DNA of 63,906 bases, the filler included, from Reticulomyxa filosa (Eukaryota > Protista > Foraminifera), in assembly GCA_000512085.1 (NCBI GenBank). It is 27 parts of 27 records of this genome, joined end to end, with 100 filler letters (N's around TTAATTAATTAA, not from the genome) between each part and the next. Parts side by side here need not be neighbours in the genome. Positions count along the whole stretch, not along the records: positions 1 to 13,379 come from ASPP01007594.1; 26 more parts are not named here. One strand, 5' to 3'. The position numbers and the translations under genes are program-made. This document shows, one piece after another, positions 1 to 12,501 of this stretch (position 1 is its first letter; every line of letters starts with the position of its first letter). The notes under the pieces are model-generated. The model was not told the DNA's origin and made no database searches. It was given only the letters and a program-made list of their open reading frames with translations.

Positions 1-398
1 TTTGCCTTTGTGAGTCCTTGCGGGAATGTCTGCGTGAAGACAAGCAAGTTGGTCGTTGTGTCGTACTGCTTCACTTTGGTTATCATTTGTGTCGATTGGT
101 CGTTGCTATCTGTCCATTCTATTGCCAACATCGTATACGTCCCGAAGTTATCCAGTCCACTGCTTTGCTTCGTTCCTGACAACTTCAATGTCGCCTGCTG
201 GCCTTTGTTCCGGAAATACGTTGCTGCACTGTTCAACCATGTCTCATTGTTCACTGCTATTGCGTACGAGTTATACGTGTTGCTGAAAGACACTGACAAA
301 AGGGGCTCTCCACTGTTGCTCTTTGCCCATGATTTTGCCGACTTTCCAAACGCGGCTAATATACAAAGAGAATAACATACCAAAGCAATACTCAACAT
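1..398 (-). CDS. Secreted protein, N-terminal part (runs off window start); uncharacterised, possibly glycoside-hydrolase-associated family
   Basis: Manual translation from ATG at 398 gives MLSIALVCYSLCILAAFG (signal-peptide-like) ...YAIAVNNETWLNSAATYFR...GLDNFGTY...VFTQTFPQG, open to base 1. Absent from the ORF track because there is no stop in the window. Confidence 0.7.
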   Translation of the reverse strand, partial: MLSIALVCYSLCILAAFGKSAKSWAKSNSGEPLLSVSFSNTYNSYAIAVNNETWLNSAATYFRNKGQQATLKLSGTKQSSGLDNFGTYTMLAIEWTDSNDQSTQMITKVKQYDTTTNLLVFTQTFPQGLTKA

Positions 399-1275
399 AT
401 TTTTCTCTTGCACAACACTTATTTCTTTATTTTTTTCTGTAGAAAAGCCCCTGTGGTGTCTTGGACCACTATTTTTCTTTTTTTTTTTCCCTGTCCACAA
501 TTCTTAATCAGAAAATATTGGCTTATTTAGCAAAGTGTCTGACTTTTTGTCAAACTTGCAGACGTGCGAGTTTGGTTTTGTAATCCATTGAGTTGGTTAC
601 AGTAGAATCTAACTCGATTTCGTTGACAATCTCCATAAAAAAATCATTTAAACTCACTCCGTTTTTAAAAGTTTGCCTTTTTCGAATAAAATTTTTAAAG
701 TAGTGACTTTTTGTAACGACTCTACACCAAGAATTGAAATTTTAATAAAATTCGGAGTTGTTTTTTTCTTGGCGTTTTTTTACTTTTGAAGACACAAGAC
801 ATCAAGGTAACAACGAGATGAAATGAAACAGCAGTCTTTTCATCAGGTGAAAATTTTACACTTGTTACCATTTGCATGTCCTTTTAATTGTCATAAGTTC
901 ACTTGATGAAACAAATCGCTTTTGAAACGTAAAATGAAAAAAAGATTAAACAGATTAAATGCAATGTGCAATTTTCATTGAATAGCAAAAGTGTTATTAC
1001 AAATCCGAAATTTGTAACAAAAAAATATCTTTGAAATGCAATACAACAATGGGTGGGATTGTTTGAATGTAGCCATTAATAAAGGCCGAAGTATGCAAAA
1101 AATAAAAATTTGCATGTTAATTGTTACAAGTACCCATTATAAAAGAACTGAAATTTGAATTTTAAAACAATTCGAATCTGGAACATGTTGTCACCAAAAA
1201 AAAAAGTTCAAAGCAATACACAGTCGATACATTAAACAAAAACTCCCCAACTATTATAATTTTTTTTTTAATGAA

Positions 1276-1936
1276 ATGACTTTAAATAATATGAGAATAA
1301 ATGAAAGTGGAAGCAATGACAATGACTTTCCCTTTGAAACTTTATCCGCTTTACCAATTCCACTTCTTTGCGTTCAATGTGTGGCATACAAGGACGAAAT
1401 CCTCATTTGTGCAGGATATGAAACTATGGAATGCTATTCTTACCATACAATCAAGGACCGATACAAGTATATCTGCTCTTATCCAGGCGATATTAAATCA
1501 TTTGGGCACTGTGTAGTGACGTTGAACAATAGCAATAACCGAAGCAAAGATGCGCTCACATTGTTGTCTTTTGGTGGACAAGGAATAAATGAAAAGAAGC
1601 ATGTGTTGACAATGAAGTATATAAGTGTTTGGAATAAAAGAAATGACAACAGTAAAAATGGAATTGAAATAGGTAAAATAAAAAATTATAATCAATGGGT
1701 CCCCTTTGTCGATACTGATAACAGTCCAGTATACATTGGAAAAGAGGAAGATGGTTATAAAGGGCTAAGAGCAGTAACTGGTGGAAGCAATGATCATTTG
1801 TTATTCATTACCTATTATCCAGAGAATATTGATGTGTTTGATTTGAATACATTTCAGTATATCAAACAGGATATACTGCCAACAGAGCATTTGATAATGT
1901 ATCATTGTTTTGTGTCAAAGACAGAAAAGGAATTAT

Positions 1937-1968
<32 letters not shown>

Positions 1969-2523
1969 AAAAAGACAAATGTGAAAATCAATGAAATGTT
2001 GTTATTTTGTGAAAACACAGGACTATTAGTTATCTACGATGAAGATGCCAACGCGTTCCAATTCCAAAAATTACGAATTTGTACAAATTTTCGATCATAT
2101 TATTCTTATGGATTTATTTATGTGGACGATTGTATTTTGTTTTTTGGTGGAGAAAATGGCTATCGAATTACTGCTTCAAAAGAAATACATAAATACTCAA
2201 TCAAAGAAAATAAATGGATGAAATTTGAACAATCTTTACCTATTGCCTTAGCCGATTGTGCCACTGTATTAAGCAGTGATAATAAGTTTGTGCACATCCT
2301 TGGCGGAAATGATGGAAATAATACAAAGACAACACATATAAAAACAAACGTAAAAGAATGGACAAAAGAAGAGATAACAATCACAGAGAAGCAATGGATT
2401 ATGGAAGAAGGAGAAAGAATACACATTGAAGAAACCAAAGACGAGTTAAAAAGAATGCAAGAGGATGTCAATTTTAACAATCTAAAAGTTACGTTAAAAC
2501 ACCAAAATGCTATTAGTTTAGCC

Positions 2524-2562
<39 letters not shown>

Positions 2563-3657
2563 AGGACAAAAGAGATTGCGATGATAATTAACTATTGGAT
2601 TTATTCATTGTCTCTTAAAATGGGATGGATTGACGACTTTAACACTATCATTTCAAAATATATCATGGTAATTGCTATTGTTTTGTTTGTTTTTTTTTCT
2701 CTCCTTTGGTTAGTTTGTGCGATTTTTTTAAGATAGAAATATCTCTGACAAAATTAAACTTAACAATAGATGAAATATTTCAAGCAATTAAAAATTCAAA
2801 AACATCGCATAGATGTGAGTAGCATAACTTTTTCACCTGATGGCATCAAAATAGCATTTTGTTCATGTGATGAAATAGTCCGTGTATGGGGTATGAATTT
2901 GGACAAAGATATTCAAGAGTTAAAAGGACATACAATGTGGACGAACGATATCCAGTTCTCGCCAGATGGAAATATGCTTGTATCTTGTTCAAATGATAAA
3001 ACAATTCGGTTGTGGGACATAAAATCACAGATAGAAATAAGGAAATTGGAAGGGCACACTCATACTGTTTCAAGTGTACAATTTTCGCCTGATGGGAAAA
3101 CTATTGTGTCCGGGTCATTAGATACCACCATTCGACTATGGGATGTATATTCTGGACAAGTAATAAAGGTAATGGAGGGACATCTGAATTTTGTACAATA
3201 TGTGCAATTTTCACCTGATGGTCAACAAATTGTGTCAGCTTCAGAAGATCAAACCATTGGCATTTGGAATGTAAAATCAGGAGAAAGAATCAATACATTG
3301 AACGGACATTCAGGTAATGTCTCCAAAGCAAAATTCTCTCCAGATGGTTGTTACATTGTTTCTGGTTCAGACGATCAAACAATTCGAATATGGGAGGTAG
3401 GATTAGGAATAGAGATTAAAAAATTTGATGACCATGTAGGTATTGTGGAAGATGTAAAGTTCTTTCCAGATGGTCAAACTATTGTTTCATGTTCAAGAGA
3501 TAAAACAATCCGATTATGGGATGTAAACTTTGGGATGGAAATACAAACATTGAAAAATCATTTATTGAGTGTAACAGGAATAGATATTTCACCAGATGGT
3601 AACACAATGGTGTCCTCATCTCGAGATAAAACAATACGTATTTGGGGACCATTGTAA
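1276..3657 (+). CDS. Kelch-like beta-propeller + C-terminal 7x WD40 protein (spliced)
   Basis: 1276-2490 has kelch-type motifs (ILICAGY, LLSFGG, AVTGG, ILFFGG, VHILGG). 2770-3657 has seven GH...FSPDG...D.TIR.W repeats. A phase-0 intron GT2668..AG2769 joins the two ORFs; a probable poly-A intron lies at ~2493-2561. Confidence 0.85.
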
Positions 3658-3867
3658 AGGTTATGGAACAATTTTTTAATGAATTTTTGTAATTCTTACA
3701 TAAAAAAAAAAAAAAAACAGATTTTTGGGTACAAATATTATGATTTTTCATTACAAAATAAACATATTTTTTTTCGTTGTTACAACGGCTATCAATTTTT
3801 GCTTATTGTAATAATCGGTGTGTTCGATGAAAAAAAAACATATCCAAAAAAGCAGTTAATATCACAA

Positions 3868-4719
3868 TTACTGCTCCTTACAACACTGTGTAAACCAAAT
3901 GTGATAAATGGCATATTGAATTAAGAAATAAACACTGACATTATTTTTCAAAGACACTTCAATATAGGGGATATCAAATTTTTGGCAAATTTGGATTGCC
4001 ATATCTAAATTGTGTTTGTATTTTGAAAAATCTTTTCTCAAATCAGTTTTCGTTCCAACAATTATTGTCGGTTTCATCAGTGATGAGCCATTGGAATAAC
4101 GAGAAGCAATTTTGTCAAGATACTTTGTAATAGTCTCTTCTGTCAAATGCTCTTCACATACATTGAACGCAATGAATATGCAATCGGCATAACGGATCTG
4201 TGAATCAAGTAATACTGAATCAAATCTCGTCGCATAAGAATCTACCAATTGAACTGTAAATGCTTTATCATTTAGTTGTATTTGCCTTACAAAATCGGGC
4301 TTTTTGTTTGGTTCATAATATTGTATGTCCAGATAGGAAAATTTATACATGAATGCAGTTTTTCCAGCTTCAGTAGGCCCTAGAAATTGCAATAATATTC
4401 GTTCTTGAACCCATTTTGGACATATTTTGATTATAGCTCTGATATGACCATTTTCATCGATATTACATAAACCCGGGTGTATCATCCCGTAGTATTTAAT
4501 TTCCTTGTCTTCAATTAAGGAAATAAATAATGACATTAAGTCTTGAAGCCCATAGATTAACAAAATTTCATCAAGTGCTTGTCGGTGGCCCTCTTCAAAA
4601 GAGCGGTCACTTGACCATTTGCATAATTGATATGAATAGGCAGTCGAATCTTTGGATTGGTATTCAGGAATACAGCTCTTTGTGCAACTATGAGCTATTA
4701 CACTGTATAAATTGCCCAT
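3868..4719 (-). CDS. Atypical Ras-superfamily small GTPase with N-terminal extension
   Basis: 283-aa uninterrupted ORF: G1 GPTEAGKT, degenerate G3 (LVDSYAT), G4 GTKTD, G5 EVSLK, N-terminal MGN, C-terminal CCKEQ. Confidence 0.8.
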   Translation of the reverse strand: MGNLYSVIAHSCTKSCIPEYQSKDSTAYSYQLCKWSSDRSFEEGHRQALDEILLIYGLQDLMSLFISLIEDKEIKYYGMIHPGLCNIDENGHIRAIIKICPKWVQERILLQFLGPTEAGKTAFMYKFSYLDIQYYEPNKKPDFVRQIQLNDKAFTVQLVDSYATRFDSVLLDSQIRYADCIFIAFNVCEEHLTEETITKYLDKIASRYSNGSSLMKPTIIVGTKTDLRKDFSKYKHNLDMAIQICQKFDIPYIEVSLKNNVSVYFLIQYAIYHIWFTQCCKEQ

Positions 4720-5119
4720 TACTCGTCAAAAGAATGTCAAGAACAACGGAAAGGGTACAGCCACGTAACTGGCTTTTAGTGCTTATTATACAGAACAGTG
4801 AGATAAATCACTATTAATTTTTGGAAAGTCAAAAAATTTTAAAAAAGAAAAAAGAAAGCACTAAGTTTAAAGTTTTTCAGATCATCCAATTTTATATCTC
4901 GCATTTGGAGTATTGAATTAGAATGGACTATACTTTTTATGACCTGTTTATTTGTCGTTCTACGTTTAAGATAGCCCATTTTTATTATATTTTACGAACC
5001 CAAGATTATATAATACTTGATTTGATCTTGTGATAAAATTTCTGCAAAACAATGACTAAATCAAAAGGAAACTGAATTGAAAATTAACATCAATCAAAAA
5101 TAATTTGTTGAAAATAGTA

Positions 5120-7471
5120 TTATCCCAAAATATGAATAGGACCACCTTTGAGCCATAACACAAATTAGTATTGCAACCATGATCAGCATTACTTCTATTC
5201 TTCAATGATAAAAATTTAATATATGATACTCCTCTATCTTCATGATTTGCTTTAATCACATGCAATTCCTTATTTGTTCGAATATCCCAAAAACGAATAG
5301 TATTATCCCATGACCCAGAACATATTATGTTTCCAACACTACTTGCAAATCCATCACCATTATCTTCATTAGTTACGAACGGTAAATATTCAGCAGCACT
5401 CACTTCACGTGTATGTCCATCAAATTTTTGAATTTGTTTTTTTGATCGAATATCCCACAAACGAACAGTTCCATCGCATGCTCCAGATAATATTATATTT
5501 GTTTCGTGGGGTGAATATCTTACGCTACTAACTGCCTTTTTATGTCCTTTAAAAGCAATCAATTGTTTGAAAGTTTCAATATCCCATATACGAATGGTTC
5601 TATCATATGATCCAGAGCAAATGGTATATCCATTACCCCCAATTATACCAATATTATTACTTTTGTCGTTATTATTATTATTATTATTATTACTTTGCAA
5701 TGGCGAAAAACTTACACACCAAACACCGTCTGTATGACCATTGAAAGCAAATAATAATTTGGATGTTTCAACATCCCATAAACGAACAGTCTTATCAAAT
5801 GACACAGAACATAAATATCGATCACCATTGAAAGGTGAAAACTCAATGCGACCAACCCAATTAGTATGTTGATCAAATATCCGAAGTGATTGACCATTTT
5901 TGAAATCCCAAAAACGAATTGTTCTATCATGTGATGAAGAACAAATGACTGTACGACCTTGATGGTAATAATGATACAGTGAAAATTTTACACAATACAC
6001 ATCACTTGAATGTCCATCGAATAACTGAATTTGTTTGCCAGTCTCTACATTCCATACACGAACTGTCTTATCCGATGATCCAGAACAAATAAGTTGGTTA
6101 TTGTCAAATGTAGTAGAATCAATACCCCACACATAATCAGTGTGTCCTGCAAATGTCTTGAGTAATCCAGATGATGAGCAAAACCGATCAAAGGAAGTGC
6201 AAGACGATAAGTTTTTATTATCTTTTTGTTCATCTTTCTGGTATAGTTTGTGACTATCTTGGACATTTTTTTCGTCCTTTTCATTGAAATCTTGTCTCAG
6301 CATTTCAATATCGGATTGGGCTTTGCTTATTTCTCTTTGAATTTTTTCCGTTTCATTGTCTTTTTCTAACCATTCTTTTTGTTTCAATGCAATCTCTTCC
6401 TTTATTTTAATTACTTGATCACTTTTTGTCATAATTTCCTTTTTTAATCTTTCAACTTTGACCATAACCTCTTTCTTAAATTTTTCAAGTTCGAGCAAGT
6501 CTGCTTGCTATTAGGTTTATTTTTGTTTTGTTTTGTTTTGTTTTGTTTGAGTGTATATTGTATTTGTATGCTATATCGCCTACCGAAACACAAAATAGAA
6601 AATTCCTTGGAAGAATTAAGTTGAATGATATCTTGTCGGAATTGTAATACTTCTTTCTTCAGTGATCTATTTTCATTGGCTAACATTGCATTTTCTTCAT
6701 CTTTGGCCTGCATATTTGATTTCAACTGTTTTATTTCTTCCTATTTTATTGCGATATTTGTACTTGTTTTGTTATTGTTTACAATAAATACATTCAAAAA
6801 CACAGAGGCAATAAAACTTGATGATCCCGAATGGCTTGTCGTAATGTCCCAATAAGCTTTGCAACTAAATCAAAATGAGGTTTTACTTCTAAAACTAGAT
6901 GATCTTGTAATTTGTGTTTGACGCAAGTATGTCTGCATCCGAATGGCTTATACCAACAATCCACCATTTTCAAAGGGCATGCATTATCCAAATGATCCTT
7001 TAATTCTTTTATCTTGCCTTTAAAATTACATACGATTGTTTCAGTTATTTCGTCTTCTTGTTGTGTTTCTTGAAATTGTAACGGACACATTACTTCCAAG
7101 TCATTAATGTATCGTTGTGCTAGTTGGACTTGATTATACACACAACCATCATGAACCTGAACTGGACAGGAATTCGGATTAGCATTCAAAAATTGCTTCA
7201 GGCATCTTTCACCAACAATGAGTGATTTATCCAGGTCTTGGTGCTGTGGACAATTGATTTCAAAAGCATTGCTGGCAACTTGCTTACAAATCAGGCAAAT
7301 GTAATCATTAAGTTGTCCTTGCTTATTGGATTGTAAAATCCAGTTTGTGTTGAAGCAGGGTTGCTCAACAAAAACTGAACAAGAGAACAAAGCTGGAACG
7401 TGTCCAATTTTTTCTTCTTCTTTGCTTATTTGTTCCTCTTCTCTGCTTTTTTTTCCCTCTTTTTTGCTCAT
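5120..7471 (-). CDS. RING-like/TRAF-type zinc finger + coiled coil + WD40 protein (spliced)
   Basis: 7471-6815: CLIC...CPQH...CPVQVH, CNFKG..ELKDHLDNACP..CWYKPFGC (TRAF zinc finger). K/E-rich coiled coil ~6740-6250. About 7 WD40 repeats (GHTDYVW, SGSSDKTVRVW). Introns near 6813-6741 and ~6583-6510. Stop placed at 5120 assuming a 1-nt shift near 5150; the ORF track runs to 5056. Confidence 0.8.
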
Positions 7472-8085
7472 TTTTTCCTCACAGGCTTTTTCTTCCTATT
7501 TATTGTTCTTAATGAAGAGTCTTTTTTTTTTTTGTTCATTTTACAGGATTTTTTTTTTTGCAAAAGTATTGCTACTTTTCAAATTACGGGGCTTCCAGTT
7601 AAATGTGAAAGGAGAAAAACAGATGTCTACTCTACATACGGTAAGGGTTTTCAATTACTATAATGCCAATGTATTTTGACTTTGTTAATAATCACATATA
7701 TTTTGTTTTGTGATATTATCACTCTCCTTTTGAAAATAAATATTTACGGTCTGTGCTGGTTTTTTTTTTTTGCATAAATAGTATTACAAATATAAACAAA
7801 GAACACACGATCCACTTTTTTTTTCAACTTTTTAATAATTTGTTTTTGCCGCTTTTGTAGAATTTATCTTGATTTTGTCCAGATCTTTTAAGTTGTATTA
7901 TCAATTTTGCATTTGGTTTTGATTGTAATCACTTGACAAAATTTTTTAAAAAAACGGAGAGTGACACAAACCTAAGATTAAAAAAAAAAATTAAAGCAAA
8001 TCTATATACATTTTTTTTTTGTATAAGATCAATCATGTTTGTGATTGATGAGAATACTAGCAGTTTGATAAAGCCTCGTTTGGAA

Positions 8086-8752
8086 ATGTCAAGATCGATG
8101 ACGGAATGGGATCGAGTGTTTGACTTTTTGACGAAGCTCGCGTTGGAGAAGTATGCGGAGAAGTTGCGAGAAGAAGGATTTGACCGTTTAGAGGCGTTGT
8201 ATGAGTTGAAAGAAGAGGACTTGAAAGAGTTGGGTATGCCAAAAGGGCATATACGCATACTGCTGCGAAACGTGGAGACATTAAAGGCATCACAACATAG
8301 CAACACGAGCAGCAATTATCAGCAACAGCAACAGCAACAGCAACAACAACAACAACAGGTGTTATTTTCTCCTGATATAACACAGCCAAGTTCGCCAACG
8401 TATGTGCATTTAAGCAGTAGTAACCGAAATAGTGGCAGCAACAGCACAAGGACGGCACTTCAAATGAGTACGTCTTCGTTGTCGGGTGCGCCGACGTTGC
8501 CGTTGTCGACTACAAGCACCTCTTCGCAGTCTCCATTTCACAACAATCACAAAAGTGGTAATAATAATAATAATAATAATAATGGTAGTAACAATGCCAA
8601 TGCTACAGGGACACTCATTGGCATAGGCACGGGAGTGGGGATACAGGCGACATCAAGCAAGCCAGCAAGCACGAAGAAAGGAGGGAACCTAAGTATCGTG
8701 AGTATCCCCACCGCCGAAGGTGATGACGACGACGATGACAATAACAACAATG

Positions 8753-8793
<41 letters not shown>

Positions 8794-9438
8794 GATAATG
8801 AACGTGCAATCGAAATCGAAACTGAAATCGAAATCGAAATCGATGAGGAAAAGAGAGTCGAAAATGACAATACGCATAAGCACACGAACACAAATACGAA
8901 TACAAATATAAATACAAATATAAATACAAATACGAATGCAGCTATAAATACGAATACAAATGCAAACACAAATGTCAACAATGCCAATGCCAATGTCGAT
9001 GTTGATGTTGATGTTGATGTTGATGTTGATGCGAGCGAAGAGAAGGCAGACATAATTGAGTTGCCATCGCAAAGTAAGCTGGCGATGATGCCACGTATGA
9101 ATTCATTGCAGCAGAGCAAAAAACAAAAACAAAAACAAAAGCAAAAGCAAAAGCAAGCTCAAGATCAAAAGTCAAAGGAAAAGAAAAAGCAAAAGCCCAG
9201 CTCCAACTCGAACTCCAACTCGAACAAGGCGAAAGAAGGCAAGAAAAGCGAGTTGGAAGAGGAGATTGAAGACACCATTGACCGCGTCAAAATCGCGTAC
9301 AAAAGCGGTCTACATTTGAACGACAACGAAAGATGGGATGACATACACGAGTTGATCCATAATCGAACTCAGCAATGGGACCCTGATGCCGCCCTGACAA
9401 TTGTCCAATCTGCTCTTAATCAATTGCAATCTCAATTC

Positions 9439-9491
<53 letters not shown>

Positions 9492-9879
9492 TAATAATAA
9501 TAATATTAATAATAACAATGTTGAAAATAATGAGAATAATCATAGTAACAATGACAATAACAACAGCAAGTCGAGCAGCAGCGACAATGACGACGACGAG
9601 GACAGGAAGTACGAATGGATGTGTGCGGACGACGACAACGAGGGCGAGAAGAAGGAGAGCGAGTCAGTGGTCTGCGTGTTGTACGAGTTGCTAGGAGTGT
9701 TGCACTCTCGCAAGAAGAACATCAAGCAAGCGAGTGACCATTTCGAAAAGTCGCTCAAGGTCGACCCTCATTACGTTCAGGCCTTGCATGATTGGGGTTA
9801 CTTTGTTTTTTATGAAATGTTGGGAAAGGCTTATTCGGCTACTACATCTTCATCTTCAACTTCTTCTTCATCTTCAGCT

Positions 9880-9911
<32 letters not shown>

Positions 9912-10676
9912 GACAAAGGAACCAAATAAAGAACAATACTTCTCCAAAGCCATGGAGTTGTATCGCCAATGCTTAAAGCTGAACAGCAAGTACTCGTACG
10001 TATACAACCACTATGGCAACATCTACGAGGACCAAGGGATGCTAAAGGAAGCTTGCCAATGGTATCGCAAAGCCATTGAGTTGCGCCAAGACATTTCAGC
10101 TTACCACTTGGACTTGGCCAACACTTTGGACGATCTCACCGATTACGACACCGCCGAAAAGCATTACTTGAAGGCCATCGAATTGGACGATCAGAACCAG
10201 GCGGTCTATTACTGGAACTACGGAATATTCCTGGAACACCAACGTCGCTACTCCTCGGCCACCGAGGCCTACCAGTTCGCCATTGAGCTGAATCCCCAAT
10301 GCATCGACGCCTATTTCAACTTGGCGCAAATGTTGGAGCGTCGAAGTTTGGAAGAACACGACATGCAGTATTTGCAGCAAGCCTTGTTTTACATGTGAAA
10401 GTGATCGAGCTCACCAGTTATCAGTCGTCTCTCCACACCACCACCGAAACCTGTCTGAACATGTACGGACGCGCTTTGTACAAGTGCGCCATCATCTATG
10501 AAAAAGTCGGCTCCCACGCCCAAGCCGAACAATGCTATCAAATGTGTCTCAAACACTTTCCGCAAAATAGACCCATCTATGTTCGCTATGCAATGATGCT
10601 CGATCATCTCGATCGAAGTGTCGATTGCAATTGTATCTTTCAAAAAGGATTGCAAACAATCCAAGATTCTAAAGGT

Positions 10677-10716
<40 letters not shown>

Positions 10717-11221
10717 TATATGTATATATATGTTTGTATTGAATATTACTGTTTTTTTGTGATGATGGACTTATTCAGAAAAAGAAAAATTGACAGACGA
10801 ATATGTAAAGTGGCTGAAAGTGCTGAATGAAAGAGAACACAGCGACAGAAAAAGTGATCATCGTAACAATGCAAACAATACCAATACCTCCACCAATTCC
10901 GTTTCTTCTGATTCCTTCCTCGGAGTCAAAGCCTATGGGAATGACGCCACCCTTCTTTCCCCTCTCGTTTCTTCCAAAGGTTCATCTGTTCCGACGCGCA
11001 AAATGTCCAACATCGACCTTGCTCATTCTCATCGTTTTGTTTTGTTTGTTTTTTTTTTTGGGAGGGGGGGTAATTGACAGAATAGTGCCTCTTTTGTAAA
11101 TGTAAAAATGGTGCTTGTGTTTATGCTTGAAGAACACCCTGCCCCAGTTGGTGGCTCCATGACACATCCAACTCCACCAATCAATAGCGATGAACAAAAT
11201 AAACGATGGTGGTTCTGGTGA
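8086..11221 (+). CDS. SAM domain + long low-complexity region + TPR-repeat protein (spliced, one apparent frameshift)
   Basis: N-terminal WDRVFDFLTKLALEKYAEKLREEGFD..L..LKEEDLKELGMPKGH is a SAM domain. TPRs from ~9660 (YNHYGNIY..A..WYRKAIEL, YWNYGIFL..A..AYQFAIELNP). Frame changes at ~10390; introns ~10675-10778 and ~11034-11132; ends ...NKRWWFW*. Confidence 0.75.
9439..9518 (+). repeat. (AAT)n microsatellite encoding poly-Asn, inside the SAM-TPR gene
   Basis: Direct reading of tandem aat units. Similar tracts at 8558-8584, 8740-8800, 40880-40970 and 49661-49757. Confidence 0.95.
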
Positions 11222-12501
11222 ACGAACACTATCGATCTCATATATGCATATATTTGTTTGTTTAGTTTTGTTTTTTTTTTGCTGTCTCTCTTCCTTTTCA
11301 TATTGCTCCTTTATCATTCCCTTGCCACTATTTGTGTTTGTTTGCTTAAGTTTGTCCTGTTTTTCGCCTTTCTTTGTTTGTTTTCTATTGTTTGATTCTT
11401 TGATGTTTCTTTTTTTTTTTTTTCCTTTTTTGTTTCAGGGAAAAAAAAATAAATTTTGATGAAATGGTCATGAGTCAAGTTTTGATCTACGCAGGGGGGG
11501 GTTTTCCTTCTTTTTTTTTTTAAAAAAAAAAATGCGATTGATTGGTTGGTTTGTGGTGTACAATTTGAGAGTTTTAACCTTTTTTTTTTTTCGTCAGCAA
11601 TTAGTGACACTTTGAAATCATCACATTAGTTTCAAATTGTCAATAATTATTATATTTTTTTTCTGTTTGGTTCCGTCTAAACACAACAATTCTCTTCCTG
11701 TGTGGACGTTTGCTTTTTTTTTAATTATGGCTTTTGTTGCCGGGTGGGATTTTTTTGTTTTTTGTCGTTTGTTATGTGGAAACTTGCTTTTGATGCTAAA
11801 TGAAACCTGTAATTCTCTAAACACAATAGATAGTGAAGATTATCGCAAAATGGTAATTTAGTTTTAAATCTGAAATGAATTTTTCCCTGTTGCGTGTTAT
11901 GTCACAATTGGACAATCTCACGACAGCAAATCAAGGGTTGTTGTAGTGTCATAAATGTTATAAATAAACGGAGGTCCAAAATTTGAAAAACTAAGTTTGA
12001 TTTGTTCCATCTTCTTGAGAAGTGATATGAATGTTTGTCAGCAACCTCAAAAACTGATAGAAAATGTAGATTTACTTCAAAAAAAGGGAAAAAATAACCA
12101 AAAGTTTTTTTTTGTTAATTCAAGAGAGTACGATACTTTACAGCTTGCAAGACAAAAAAGACAGAAAATGTTTTACGGATTTTAACAGTGTGGCAAATAT
12201 GAAAAAGTATCCTGACCCTTTTCCATTGCAAATGAAAAATTGAATTTGTAAAGTTTTGCTTTGTTAATCATTTCATAAAAAGATCATTGGTCTTTGAACA
12301 CATACGTTCAAGTTTGTATCGTATAAAAACGGCCCAAGAATTTCTTCATTTTCTTGGTGCTCAATAAAAGCATGCACTCCCTCCCCCTCTCCTTTCTTTG
12401 TGTTAGTTTGTTTTTTTTCCCTTCCCCACCTCTTTATCATTGCACCCTCATATCCCTTTCTTTATTTCGTTTGTCTTACAGCTTTTATGAAAGAATATGG
12501 T

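Noticed and set aside
10-375. + strand ORFs 10-375 and 56-286
   Set aside because: Opposite a better minus-strand frame that has an ATG and a signal peptide.
8547-9758. Antisense or alternate-frame hydrophobic ORFs (poly-I/L/V, (FV)n, (YH)n)
   Set aside because: Shadows of microsatellites in the SAM-TPR gene.
1276-11221. WD40 / GTPase / TRAF / SAM-TPR genes as a functional cluster
   Set aside because: They share a contig, but all belong to apparently abundant families and nothing indicates co-regulation, so chance adjacency suffices.
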